DNA of 63,216 nucleotides, filler included, from Pelomyxa schiedti (lineage: Eukaryota > Protista > Evosea): the NCBI GenBank assembly GCA_020536535.1. It is 12 parts of 12 records of this genome, joined end to end, with 100 filler letters (N's around TTAATTAATTAA, not from the genome) between each part and the next. Parts side by side here need not be neighbours in the genome. Positions count along the whole stretch, not along the records: positions 19,812 to 32,608 come from JAHLWZ010001200.1; positions 32,709 to 34,390 come from JAHLWZ010002336.1; 10 more parts are not named here. One strand, given 5' to 3'. Each line of letters begins with the position of its first letter. Position 1 is the first letter of the stretch. The notes under the pieces were generated by a model. It searched no databases. It had not been told where the DNA came from and saw nothing but the letters and a program-made list of their open reading frames with translations. A program made the translations under genes and the position numbers. This document shows, one piece after another, positions 21,142 to 33,471 of this stretch.

Positions 21142-23954
21142 ATGTCGTCCGACTCTGAGAGCCGCGTGTGCGTTTGCCTGCGCCTTCTCCCCCTTTGTTG
21201 CGTTCCGATAACTTAATTCCTATTCGTGGTGCAGCCGAGTAGCGCCCATTCGCACGCCCAGACAGCAGCACACGCCGTCGTCGGGCCGCGGCCATCAGCA
21301 CCAGCACCCCCACCCCAGGCCACTGCAGCCCCACTCGTCGTCGCCGCCCTCGACAACAGCGCCCGCAACGACGTCCCACCGCCAGGAGCAGCACTACAAG
21401 CACCACGACCACGGCGATGACTCGCCACGCCAACGGCAGCAACAACAACAACCACAGACCAAGAGGCACAGGCCCACCACGGCTACCACAACCGTGGCTG
21501 CCTCGCCGTCCCCGATTCCCGTGCCCAGGACGCCCCCGACGACGACTACCACGACCACCACCACCACCACGTCCACGAGCACGGCATCGGACAGCGCCGT
21601 CTACGGCACCCATAATCGCGACGGCGCTGCAGCTGCTAGGCCCAGCACGAGCGCGGGAAAGAGGAGGCAACCAAAGGCCGACGAACGGGCGCAGTCTCCT
21701 TCGAGCAGGGAACAGAAGAGACCAACGACCTCAAGTGGCAGCAAGTCAAAGGGAGAGGACAAACTAGGTGAAGAATTCGCACCAGAACCGGAATCACAGA
21801 TACAGTCACGGTCACCGTTGCAGTCGCAACCACGTGGTTATGCTTCACATTCCTCGCCGACTTCGCAGAGACAAGTGCAGCGGCCACATACATCCGCCGG
21901 ATCGGGGCCGAAGAAGCCGGCGGATTCTGACCCAATTATGGGCGGGTCTGTAGGGCTGCAGTCTAATTCTAGGCCTGTGCAGGGTAGACAAAGCAAGCTG
22001 GCTCAGGAGACCGCGCGAGAAGATGACGAAGAGCATGAAGGGGAGAGCTTTGTTGGAGTTAGGGATGACTATGGCGCTTCAGATAGTGACGGTGAAGGGG
22101 CAGCAGATATCGTTGTAAAGCAGAAGCAAAGTATGACTCAGAGACCTTTTACTGCAAGTGCTGCAGAGGGTGCTATTTCAGCCAGGGAAAACAAAAGGAA
22201 AAAACAGCTGGAGCAAATGGAGAGGAGAAAGCTGAGGTCTAGGCAAGGTGGAATGTTTCTTTCATAAGTATTATGTTAATAATTCCCTATGTGTAGGTGT
22301 TCTGGCTACAACAGATCGACCACTAACTGCAAGTGGGAGCCCGTCCACACCACGCGTACAGCCAAATGTCCAGAAAGTTGTCACTCCTGAAGAGTCAACT
22401 TCCCCACAGGTTGCCATTTCTAAGGCACATGTGGAAGAGTTTAAGTTGAAGGATCAGGAAGAATCACACTATCCAAGTGTGAAACAGAGAAGTCGCCATG
22501 AGGATCCAAGTGACATCGAAACAGCTTCCAAAGAAGATGACCAGGCAGAAATAGGTTTTACCGTTGAAGAAACTCCTGACACAGCATCTTCTCAAGCAGC
22601 ACTGGCACTATCAGGTACCTCAAAGGTAATTATGCTTTGTCCTTTTTCTATCTTTCTTACATTGCAACGCTAAACAGAAAAAGAGGAAGCACACGCGAGA
22701 ATCCTCAGAACAGAATGAAGTTGAAATGACATCCCTGGCACACCCCAAAAACATCCCTAGTGATTCAGCATCTGTATCACAAAAATCCCCCTTGCCTTCC
22801 TATACTGGATCTAATGTACCTGGAACGGCACGGGCACAATGGAACTCACCACTTGATTCACTTGCTAGATATAAGCCCACTCCTACGCCCACACTCAGAG
22901 CCAGTGATGTACCGGCATTTCTGCACACACCTGGCCCAAGGGGATACATGGTAAATAACTTAAAATAAATGAATAGTCTACTGATTCAAATTCATACTTT
23001 CAGACGATGTGCAAGATTCAAGTTGCTTCTAAGGGCTTTGGCCACCCCACCTACCTTCTATATTTGGAGGAGACAAACCAGTTTGTTGTTGCTGCCCGTA
23101 GGAGGGTTCGCAGCAAGTCCTCGAATTATCTCATCTCGACTGATAGTGCGGATTTGGCAAGAAATTCTCCGTGTTTTGCAGGCAAAGTCCGGTACGACCA
23201 TAACATCCCCTACGCACTCCTTAATTGTGATAGTTCAAACTTTCTTGGGACAGAATTTATTGTGTACGATACCGGGGATAATCCCAAGAAAGCAGTCAAT
23301 GCGGAAATGTCAAGATGTGAGCTTGCCTGTGTGACCTATGTATTTTTACTTCCAACTTGTCTATGTCCTAACTGTTTGATTTAAGGGTTCAAATCCTTTG
23401 GGACTACATGGACCCAGAAAAATGGTTGTGCTTCTCCCAAAACGTGATCCAGCTACTGGTGGATACATCGGAAATAGACCAGACTCCGCAGAAAACACAC
23501 TTCTTGCTCGTTACAAAGCTAATGATTTGGAGAACATTGTTTGTCTGCATAACAAAGCGCCTGTTTGGAATCAGGGTATTTTGTACTAAATGCAATATAC
23601 AACCATCTGATTCATTCAATCAGCAACTCAGGCATATGTACTCAATTTCCACAGGAGAGTGAAAGTTGCTTCAGGTACCTTCTTTTTCTTTCATTTCCCT
23701 CCACTAACACAACCACAGTCAAAAACTTTCAAATGGTTTCTTCAGACAGTATGTAACTTTAGTCAAAAAAAAAAAAACCCACTCGTATCTACTAAACACT
23801 GACAACCACAGGTGCATATTCTGATGTCATTCTCATGCAATTTGGACGTGTTTCAAGTAACATGTTCATACTTGACTACCAGTACCCCCTCACTCTCATG
23901 CAAGCCTTTGGCATTGCTCTAACCAGCTTTGATAAGAAACTGGCCTGTGAGTGA
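21142..23954 (+). CDS. Tubby-like protein (multi-exon)
   Basis: Tubby-domain motifs [74 protein letters not shown] and [26 protein letters not shown]-stop. Long disordered N-terminus. Start inferred at ATG 21142 with an intron to 21234. Confidence 0.95.
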
Positions 23955-24214
23955 AAAAGCTAACAAACACAAACACCACCGTAATAGGGGAAAAACCCTT
24001 TCACCAATCAATAAACACCTTGATTGACTCCGGTGATTGTGATGGCTTTTCGCCTTGCAAACTTTTCTAGCGAGATTTCCGTTTCTGTTTCTTCAAAAGG
24101 CAATTAGTGTAAATATCGACTATTTCTATAACTTCCACCGTTACTCTTGCGGAACTTCGGCCTAAATCTGTGCCTGACACACAGAGAAACAACAGACAAA
24201 AATTAAATTATTTA

Positions 24215-26683
24215 ATGGCTCGTTCCCTTTCGTTGTGGGCAGTTGTTGTGGCGACGGTGTTCCTTGTCTCCCAAAGCGGAGCTATTGATGAAGATGTGGT
24301 ACCCAACTTAGAGCTGTTCCGCTCAATGTTTTATAGGTCCTTGTCAGTGTTTGTGAATTATGGGTGCCTGTGCTTCTTTTCCACCGAGGAATCTTTTGTT
24401 GAGGTGTTTCTTGCTTTGTATGACTGACTTATGGGCAGTTATGCAACACACATGCGTGAGATGAGCAAGGAGGAAATTGACAGCTTCATTTTGTTCCCCA
24501 CACAGGATCTCATATACACACTCGACTATTCCAACTTGAATATGGTACAACTTGTCTACAACGATGGATTGCCGAGTGACTTGAGCACCGAAGCCGCAAA
24601 GCACGGTTGGAATTCTTCTTTTTTTTGAGTTTCGGAACCCAAACGTAGCTAGTTCCTAAGATTTTTTTCCCTTTTCCATTAGTTCCCACGTTGATGTCAT
24701 TGGACGAACTACGAGCACCGCTTTATAAACAAGCAGCCCCCATTACAATTGTTACACTACCTGGAATGCTTGGGGAGTTCATTCCTCACTTTCAGTTTGA
24801 TGCCCTGTTCTCCAACACTTCTACCTTGTACAAACAAGTACTCCAGCTCACTTCCCTTTTTTCCACCCTAATCACAACAAAAAGTGGATTGAGGCATACG
24901 AGTCAACTAGTCTTCCTAAGGAGGATATGGTCTATGATCTTTACGCCCTGGCTGATATCAGTATGCCACTGACTGAACTTTTTGATATCAGCAGTATTGA
25001 TGATGAAAACGGGACACCTCTTTTTAGAATTGTATGACAAAGAAGCCTTAGCATCCGTTTCACATATCATTTGTTAGATTGCCTTTAAAATCCACGAAGG
25101 CTCCCTGGAAACTTTGGTTTGAATTGCACACCGCAGTGCCAATTGCTTACTATTAATAAGGGAGCTGTAAATAGCACCACAGAGAGGTGGAACCGCAGAC
25201 TTACACTAGTTTTCAATATCCTGCAGCCCTATCTTGGTGACATTTTTGTGACAGGTTTACTTTGTTTGTTTGCTTTTGCAGTTAATGTATATAGGTTACT
25301 CCCTCACTGGAGTAAATTCGATAGAAATACCAAGATATGCCCTGCAAAATGGGGATTGGTGGGCCAGTAAAATGAGAGGTTTTCCTTAATCTCGCATTTT
25401 TGTATCCTCTAATATTCTTCTCAGGTGTAATAACATTTGCTGGAGTTAATGTACTACTCTTTTCCCTGTTTCCTTCTTAACTTAATTTTCTCCTTAGTGG
25501 GGCACTCACGTGGCTGATTGCGCAATTGGTACGTTAGAGTGTGCTCTTTTTCCAATGTGAAATATTTTTTAAGGGGAGGATTTCAGTGAACCACCCCTTC
25601 TTTGCCTCTCATCGACAGTTGAAATAAGTGAACTTATGCGCCTGGTTTGTTTAGCTTCTCTGAAAGATCACCCTTACACGTTATTCCGCCAGAGCACGCT
25701 ACTTATTCCAGACATTGATTCATTTGTGTATAATACTGCCATCATTGCTGAATCGCTTGCAGTCATTGCATTCGCCGCAGAGCATTCTCCAGAGATACCA
25801 GAAATGGCAAATCTCACCATGGTGCAGTCAACTCTTCTTCTATTCATTACAGTAACCACTTTTCAGATGTTTCCTGACCTCTACCAAACATGGACACAAA
25901 TTCTCGAAGATTTCTTGTTCCATACTTTTGACATTCAGCACCCGGTAAGTGATTACGCTGGAAATATCATCCGCTTCCAACAGGTCAATTCCTTGCTCTC
26001 AGGAAGGGTGACAATATTCTCATTTCTTTCTAGTTGGTAGCAGCCCTCTATGACGCTGTTGTTGCACTTTCTACCAATGGTCGAGCAGACTATTGGACAA
26101 ACACAATAACCCCGACAGAGGATTTCACTTACTATTTCCTTTCAGACACCCAACAAGACCCAACCGTCAATGTGGGTCCTGTGGTATGTTAGATTTGAAA
26201 TTTCACGGCATTAACCTGTTTACTTCTCCCTCCAGTGCCACACAGACACATACATGCTACGCCAGCAATACTACCAGCTGGAAATGATGGAGGGAGGCTA
26301 TCTGAACGATGCCCAGGTTCCACCCTCACAATAATTGCTTACTGAAGCTTCTTCATTCCTTACCTATGTCAACCCGCAGGTATCCTCACCCAGGGCGATG
26401 TTTTTGCCCTATCTCCATCAGAAATACAACCCACAGCAACCGCTGTACTCACCTGTATGGCTTGGTGTTACAAGCTCAACACACTGGGGAATCGCAGTGA
26501 GTATCCTTTGTCCTTAAACCCAAAATACTCAACATTTGCAAAATGTTGTGCTTCTTCTAAACTAACTGTTTCTTTGCTTTGCAGCTGGAGTATGTATTCC
26601 CCGACCCAGATGACTGGCATGATCCATTCCCCCGTGATGTATTGTTCAACTCTGTTGCTTCCTTTATTGCCCAGGACTTATAA
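24215..26683 (+). CDS. Secreted alpha/beta-hydrolase (lipase-like), many short introns
   Basis: Signal peptide MARSLSLWAVVVATVFLVSQSGA, IVTLPGMLGEF, IFVTGYSLTG (Ser), RGVITFAGVN..GTHVAD, NDAQV (Asp), THWGIA (His) and DPFPRDVLF..QDL-stop. Confidence 0.7.
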
Positions 26684-27101
26684 AACTAGAAAGAGAATTA
26701 AGTTATTGAATGACTAGCTACCCCATTTTTTGGTGATTCTATTTTGCAAGAGAAACAAACTCTCAGCAGATACGGTAAAAAATAAAAGGATAGGTCAGAC
26801 CTCCACACAAGCCATCCCCATTTGCAGACCATTTGGTTGGCATCCAATTGGCCCTGGGGAACGATCTTCACAAGTTCACGCTCTGACTTGTGGGAATCAA
26901 TGGCGGTCATCATCCCTATTTCACTTGTGGACTAGTGACTTGGATTCGGCACAATACTCCAGAAATGATCTTGAGAGTATGTCCAGAAGAGTCTAGTTAG
27001 TTCCGGCTTTTTCCTTTTCGAAATGTGTGCCCTACGGAATTATGGGTTACCAGATCGGCCGGAAACGACCTTTCAGTTTCGAACAGGAACACAAACGACG
27101 A

Positions 27102-29681
27102 ATGGAGCTGGTGCGGTGTTGTGCGTGCGCGGGGTTGTTGCGAGATCCAATACAGCTGCCATGCCGCCACAACGTGTGCGCCTCGTGCGTGGACACCATC
27201 GCCGCAACCGAGCTGTTCTTCTCCCAGTCTCGCCGATCCAAGCCAGCTCTATCCACTCAATCCCCTGCGCAATCGCCTTCATCGTCTGCGGCTGCCAGTA
27301 CTGCCGCCGCTCCTAGTGGCGCAACCAGGCCTCCTTCGGCGTCGCTGAATTCAGGTGTTGGCGCCGTTTCGGGGTCTCCGGGAACTACTGCGTCCGCGTC
27401 CGCGTCGTCTTCTTCCTCTTGTGGTGCATCCCCTCCTTTTGGTGTGTTATTTCAGCGCATTTTTGGCTGGGGGCCGGGACGAAATTTTCGTTGTTTGTAG
27501 TTAGAACGTTATTAATACCTTCGTGAAGACAACAAAATCTCATGCATAATCCCCAAGTTGAACTGTGTTGCCCACTGGGATGCACTGCAAAAGCGAAGAT
27601 ACAGTGTTCAGGCCCTGGCACTGGCAAAAGTTGTGTGGAGGTGTTAACTGGCACTGGCCTAGTAAGGAACGAAGCTGCCCAAGCTGCTGTTGAAAAGCAC
27701 AAAGCTTCACTTGATGTTCGATTTAATCCCCCATGTGAAGTGGGTGGATGTTTGGATGATAGTCAGAATGGCAAGTGCGCACCTGCCACATTACAGTGCC
27801 GGCAGTGCAGAATGATGCTGTTCTGTGCCAAGTGCTTTGCTCTCCAGCACTCCACTTCAAACTACCTCCGCTCACACAAAGTACTTTGACAGTCATTGAG
27901 ATATCTTACACGGAGTGACATCTTTCTTATATCCCATTTTTAGGGCACTCCTTATCAACCAGAACCTCATGTTGACTACTGTCTACCAAGACATCCAACA
28001 AAGGAGTTGGAAATCTTCTGCCAAACCTTTAAAAAACCCATATGCTCACTTTGTCACATATCAGCAGAGCACCAAGGGCACTCTCACCTTCCTTTGTATG
28101 ACATTGTGGAAGCTCAAAAAACTGAAATCCAGGGTATACAACTTCGTTACCTTTGCAGCCAACATTCTCCCAGAAATGTGTAAAAGTCTAGAGACATTCT
28201 GTGGCTCTTGTAAATCTTTTATGAGTGAATTGTCATCGGATAAAATCAATGCCGTGTGTATAAAAGAGAATATCTCCCGTTTCACATCCACTAGAAAGCA
28301 GAACAAAAACTTGCTGAGATTAAGTTCTTTATTGCTTCAATACAGCAAGAAATGAGTTTGTGCACTGTTCTTCTTTGGGAAAACCTTACAATTTACAGGT
28401 GAAAGTCTTGCCTTCCAACAAAGGACTCTATCCCTATTGAGTAACCAAGCAGAGTCCATCCTCACGGTGGCATCTGATTCCGTCAAGAGCGGTGATATGG
28501 TGGATCTGGTTCATGTACACAACGTGATGAAAAGTTTTTTGCTGGTAAGTTTTATCAACCCGCCACTTTCCATTCTTCCATGGTAATTAGACTTTAGGCT
28601 ACAAGTAACTATGAAGCACTTTTCACACCGCTGGGAGATACTAAGGCATTGGATAAGCTTAGTGCGGTCTCTCTCAGTGGGGATACTACAAAGCAGCTCA
28701 GAAAATTACTGCTTCAAGTCTCTCTAGAGCCAAATAAAACAAGGTTTTTCCTTCAGAGGAAAGATTTTGGGAGTAATTCCTTCTCAGTGAACTACCCCCA
28801 AGCCCTGAAACAGGAACTGTGAATGACATTAACATTATGGCTGACTTCCGTGTGTTATGCTCACAGCCAGTTGGAATGCCTTCAGTTAAACTTCTCTTGC
28901 AAAATCCGGTCATTCCAGTCTCATACACGCACCGGTCCATACCCCAATCAACACTTCCTCAGCCGCCATCAAAACATCCCAGATTCTTTGTGTGCGATTT
29001 TGACTTCACAAAAGGCAAGCCTTTCCCTGAATTACCCGTGGAGCTAGCACCTATCGTTGAGGTTGCGGCCAATTCTCCGCAGACAACTCACCGCATCTGG
29101 TTGCATCTTCCTCCAGGCCGAAACTCGGCCTTCTTCCTAGCATTTGGCGAGAAGTTCGGCAGTAGCGGATTGAATGCTCCACCGGGATTCGGCGCAATGA
29201 GAGCACCTGTTCTGGGCTCTTTCCTTCTGGCATTCATTGGGACTCTGTGTGCTGCCACCTTTGCAGGGAGCCGGATTTCCGAATACGGCGGAATTATATC
29301 CTACATTACAAGACTCGCCTGTCACGCCAGCATCCACAACATTGGCCTTTTATATGAAGGGGTGCAGTTGACATTGCACTCATTCGAGCCTTGCACCTAC
29401 GCAAAAGCATTTGTCACAGTACTGGTAGCAGCAGGATCAGACACAGAGTCTATGATGCAACTCTTAGAACCTACACTAGAGTCTGATTTGGAGGAACTAG
29501 GCCGCCTTGCATTCGAACGTGAGCTCATGCAAAGACTGGAAGAAGGTTGTTTCTTTCTAAACTTTGTTTTTGTACACAAAATAATTGCACAGTAGAACAA
29601 GCACCAGTAGAAAAAGAAGAACACATACAACAGGCTGCACCACCAAGGAAAAATCCAGCACGCAGGGCAAGGAGATTATAA
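27102..29681 (+). CDS. TRIM/RBCC-like protein (RING, B-box 1, B-box 2, coiled coil, unknown C-terminal domain)
   Basis: RING CCAC..LRDPIQLPCRHNVCASC...CPLGC. B-box 1 CEVGGC..ATLQCRQC..FCAKCF..H..RSH. B-box 2 CLPRH..LEIFC..ICSLC..H.GH. Last exon ends RRARRL-TAA at 29681. Confidence 0.85.
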
Positions 29682-29740
29682 GGAGATGGTTTCTTGTGGG
29701 ATAATTTTTTTTTTTTGCTATTATCTTTGTTCCTGGTGTT

Positions 29741-31029
29741 TTAAGGGTTCCTTTGTATTTTGTGAGTGGGGTAAAAGATAGGGGGAGTAAGTACATCGGG
29801 GCTGGTAGCTCTCCTTGGGCTAACGCCATTTCAATCTTGGACACTTCTTCCAAGGTCTTGGCGTTCTCAATGGCGGACTAGGAAAAGACATTAAGAAATA
29901 GCCAGACAAGAGTTACAAGTACCTTGACCAGTGTGGCTCTTGTTGATGCGGCAGCGAGAGTATCAAGGTTAGTAGCAGAGGTGGTTGTGCTAGACACGGA
30001 GGTTGATGTTGAAGTTGATGTTGAAGTGGAAGTCGTTAAGGAAGGAGGGACAGTAATTGTAGTGCCGTCTGCTGGTGGAACTAGGACAGAGTTCTTTTGG
30101 TTCACAGGTAGACCAAACAAATCAATGCTCTGTTTTCTTTCCTGGAAGGGGTCAACATAGGCACTGATAGTGTTGGCTTATACTTTTTGTCTGACTTTTC
30201 TGAAGTCAAGAACTCGGACTTGAGGCAGCTTGTGAATGACATAGAGGCGGTAATTGTGGCGCTTTGTCACATTGTTGTCAAGAAGAGATAAATACTCGAG
30301 TTTTTCCAAGCCAATAAGGTTATCTATTTCACTCAAGTTTGCAATCTGTCGGCATTGGAATTAGTGTATAACCAGAAACTGTAGTCAGAAACCCTATTGT
30401 TTGTGAGGACCAGAGTTCTCAAATTTGGTAGAGAGTCTTTAAGAGGAACAATGCGTGCAATTCTATTGTTATTGAACAAGAGTGTTGTGATCCTCCGCAT
30501 GATAGGAAAATTTTCTAGCTTAACGACCTCATTGTCTGAAAAGTCAATGGCATCAAATTGATCCTGAATTTTTAGTGTATTGGTTTGTGTTAAGCCCAAT
30601 AAAAAAAATTTAAAAAAAGGTTGTGTCTGTGCTGCATAATGTTTGTTTGTCTTTATCTACGTGCCCCAAAGGGTGCACTCCCACTTCATCAACCTTGTAT
30701 CTTTACCACAATTACACAAGGCGAAAGTATGTGATGGAATGTGTTGTGTGGGAACCAACCTCAGCTGCTCCCAGGTTCTCTATGGCCGGAATCTTATTTC
30801 CTTTCCAAAAGTAAATACAAAGAAGAACAAAAACAGCAGGTTTGGTTATTGAAATGTAGCACTTATTCGACTGACAACGAGTGCACAAAGAAAAAAAAAA
30901 AAAAACCGCCAAAAACAGGGGAAAAATGGTATAGGGCACACAAGTACCTCTGAGATCCAATTCCCTCTCCTTCAGCGGATTCACAGAGCACGGTGACCTA
31001 GTTATCAAGTCCGCTGTAAGCACCACCAT
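29741..31029 (-). CDS. SNRPA1: U2 small nuclear ribonucleoprotein A'
   Basis: MVVLTADLI..SP..VNPLKERELDLRG|NKIPAIENLGA|DQFDAIDFSDNEV.KLENFP..RRITTLLFNNNRI; LLDNNVTKRHNYRLYVIHKLPQVRVLDFRKV; AKTLEEVSKIEMALAQG. The 3' end is inferred through a final intron. Confidence 0.95.
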
Positions 31030-31702
31030 CGCCTCTTTTTTTTGTTTTTTTTCGGAAATTTCCAATCTCCGCAACAGCCGAGCCCTCAATTCGTATGTCT
31101 AGTAATACACTAGTAACAGTGCCTCATTCACCCTCTATATTTGTGTGCACTCTTTCTTCATGAAGCCTCCCCAAATCACATAGGTTGATCACTTCATCGA
31201 AACAGCGTTGCAACACGCCACGAGTACAATCTGTGATTTCGAAAATCTGATTGTCTGACTGACACGACATATAAGAATAATGTTTTCTTTTACCAAGTTA
31301 TTGAGTTAATTCAATAGTGTCTGTGGCAAAGGTACCTCGGTTAGCCACCCCTCCGCGGCTCCCCGCCACAAGGGCACTTCATTTCGAAACATGAATGTTC
31401 CAAAAACAGCACCAAGGACGCTCACCAGGTCGAGCCAGTGGCCGCTCCTGGCCTGGGCGTGGCGTCTCGTGGGTACCTGTGCTCTTTGGTTCCTGTTCCA
31501 TTCCCTTCTTTTTTTTTTTTACTACTCTACTGGAAGCAGTTCGTTCCTCCAGGACATACTTCGATTACAGGAGAAGTGACTGTATGATGATGACTAAATT
31601 GTGGGTCCCTTCAAGGCCTCATACCGAACATACCTCCACCTCCACACAAAGGCAAAAGAAGCATTTTTAGACAGTCCATTTACTTATTTTATTTGTGGTG
31701 GC

Positions 31703-32261
31703 TCAGTGTTGGTTGTTGTTACCATGGGACTCTGTTGCTGGTGAGGAGGTTGTTGATGACGTTGTTGTGGTTGTGGTTGCCTGTGTTGTTGGTGTGGTTG
31801 TTGGTGTTGTGGTGCCTTGGATTTGTTGTTGTTTGGTTGGCAGCACTTGGGCCGGCACAACTTTCCCCTTGGCCAGAGCCTTGGCTTTCTTCTTTTTGTC
31901 CTTCCTGACAGCCTGCTTCAAGGCAGCAGCTGCAATAGCGGTTGCTGTCGCCTCAGCAAGCATTTCTGGCGGGGTCTGCGTGGCTGCGTGTCTGTAGGTC
32001 AAGACTCTCTCGTCAAGAGTTGCTATTTGGTTAACGGTTAACGATGCTAACAAAAAAAGAGCCACACACTCGTACTTGGCTCATGGGTAGGTGTTTGCAT
32101 TGGCACGGGCGAGGGGCCGCGGTCTTCTTCGTCATTGGTGGTTGTGGCGGTGCGGGGCCGCTTCCTCGAGGACTGCTGTGCAGGGGAGTCGTTCTCATCC
32201 TCCTCGCGCCCACCACATTCCCGGATGAAAACATATGAAATACAGAGCGTATTGTGTTCAT
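31703..32261 (-). CDS. Small basic/low-complexity protein, probably two exons
   Basis: ORFs 32031-32261 and 31703-32065 with a GTACGA donor at about 32074. Splice frame not resolved. Confidence 0.35.
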
Positions 32262-32708
32262 CGTTGTTGCCTTGTGCAGCCTCGTAGATGCTTGTTGTGT
32301 TGCTGGCTGTGGTTTCTTTGTTGTTTGTTTGTTGAAACTAACAAGCAGTCATGTTCCCAGTGGCGCCAAAAGGATTTTTGTTTTGCGCAGTAGTCTTCGA
32401 CATTTGGGTAAATAAAAAAAACACCAGACCATCGCGTTTCTAAAGTTTAGGTTTTGCTGCTAATCACAACAGATTCGATTAGATCGGTGCACATCGAATT
32501 CAAAGAATAAGAGGTGATCGAATCGATTACGGACGTAACAGCAACAACTCAGCGCGGACATGGAACGTTTTCACACACAAGTGAAGGAGTGTCTCGCACA
32601 AAACATCANNNNNNNNNNNNNNNNNNNNNNNNNNNNNNNNNNNNNNNNNNNNTTAATTAATTAANNNNNNNNNNNNNNNNNNNNNNNNNNNNNNNNNNNN
32701 NNNNNNNN

Positions 32709-33266
32709 ACACAGTGACCTGTGCTGTGGAAGCGTGGAGCCTGTCACAGACCATGCACTGCGTGTCTTCAGAAGGTGGTGGGTTCCAGGCTCACAAAATA
32801 TCCAGTGGTCTGTCATGCACACGCCATGTGCAGCCAGGAAAGGTGGTCAAGTGGTTGATACAAACATTTGGCTTGACTAAGGCCCAAGTGGCTGTCGGCA
32901 ACAACCACTTGCTGAGAATCCTGATTGAGGGCAACAAAGTCAGATGCTCTGAGTGGCTGATCTGCACGTTTAAGATTACTTTGGACGAGGTACGCTGTTC
33001 CACATCATCACACCCGCCGCTCATCACAATCCATTCCCCCCTCTTTTTTGCAGGTGACCCCCATGCTTAAAACATTGCAGACAACAACCAAAGTAAGTGT
33101 GCCAATGTGGAAGATGCTGCTGCGTGTGTTTCCTCAAATTACAGCCGAGTTTGCCAAGGAGCACTTCATGCCGTTTGTTTTCATGTCACCACTCCACACC
33201 ACTGTATCCATTCGCAGTCTGGGACTCACAAAGCACCACACACTTGTCAGGAGGAAGGAGGCTTGA
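32709..33266 (+). CDS. 3' part of an ankyrin-like family gene (paralog of 44763-47320)
   Basis: GKVVKWLIQTFGLT..V..GNNHLL..LI..NK..CSEWL..TF.ITLDE|intron|..MWKMLL..FP.IT..SPLH....LGL. Same intron position as the paralog. Confidence 0.75.
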
Positions 33267-33269
33267 ATG

Positions 33270-33471
33270 AAAAAACTTTGGGGGGCTGGGTTTTGTTCTG
33301 AACGTAGTGTGTGACCATGCTTTGTTGTTGGTGGGAGAAAAACGAGGAGTGTGATCAAGGCGGTGTTTAGAGCCTTGTTTGGGTGCCAGGACGTGTTCTA
33401 AAATCACTGCAACACAGTGTTCATAGGTGTTTCTTGGTCACTGACCATGTTGGTATTTGACCCCAAGTCCC
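33270..33471 (-). mobile_element. Diverged partial copy (one end with TIR) of the 18401-19235 element
   Basis: Matches the reverse complement of about 18402-18670 with deletions, and ends in ..GGTATTTGACCCCAAGTCCC. Confidence 0.8.
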
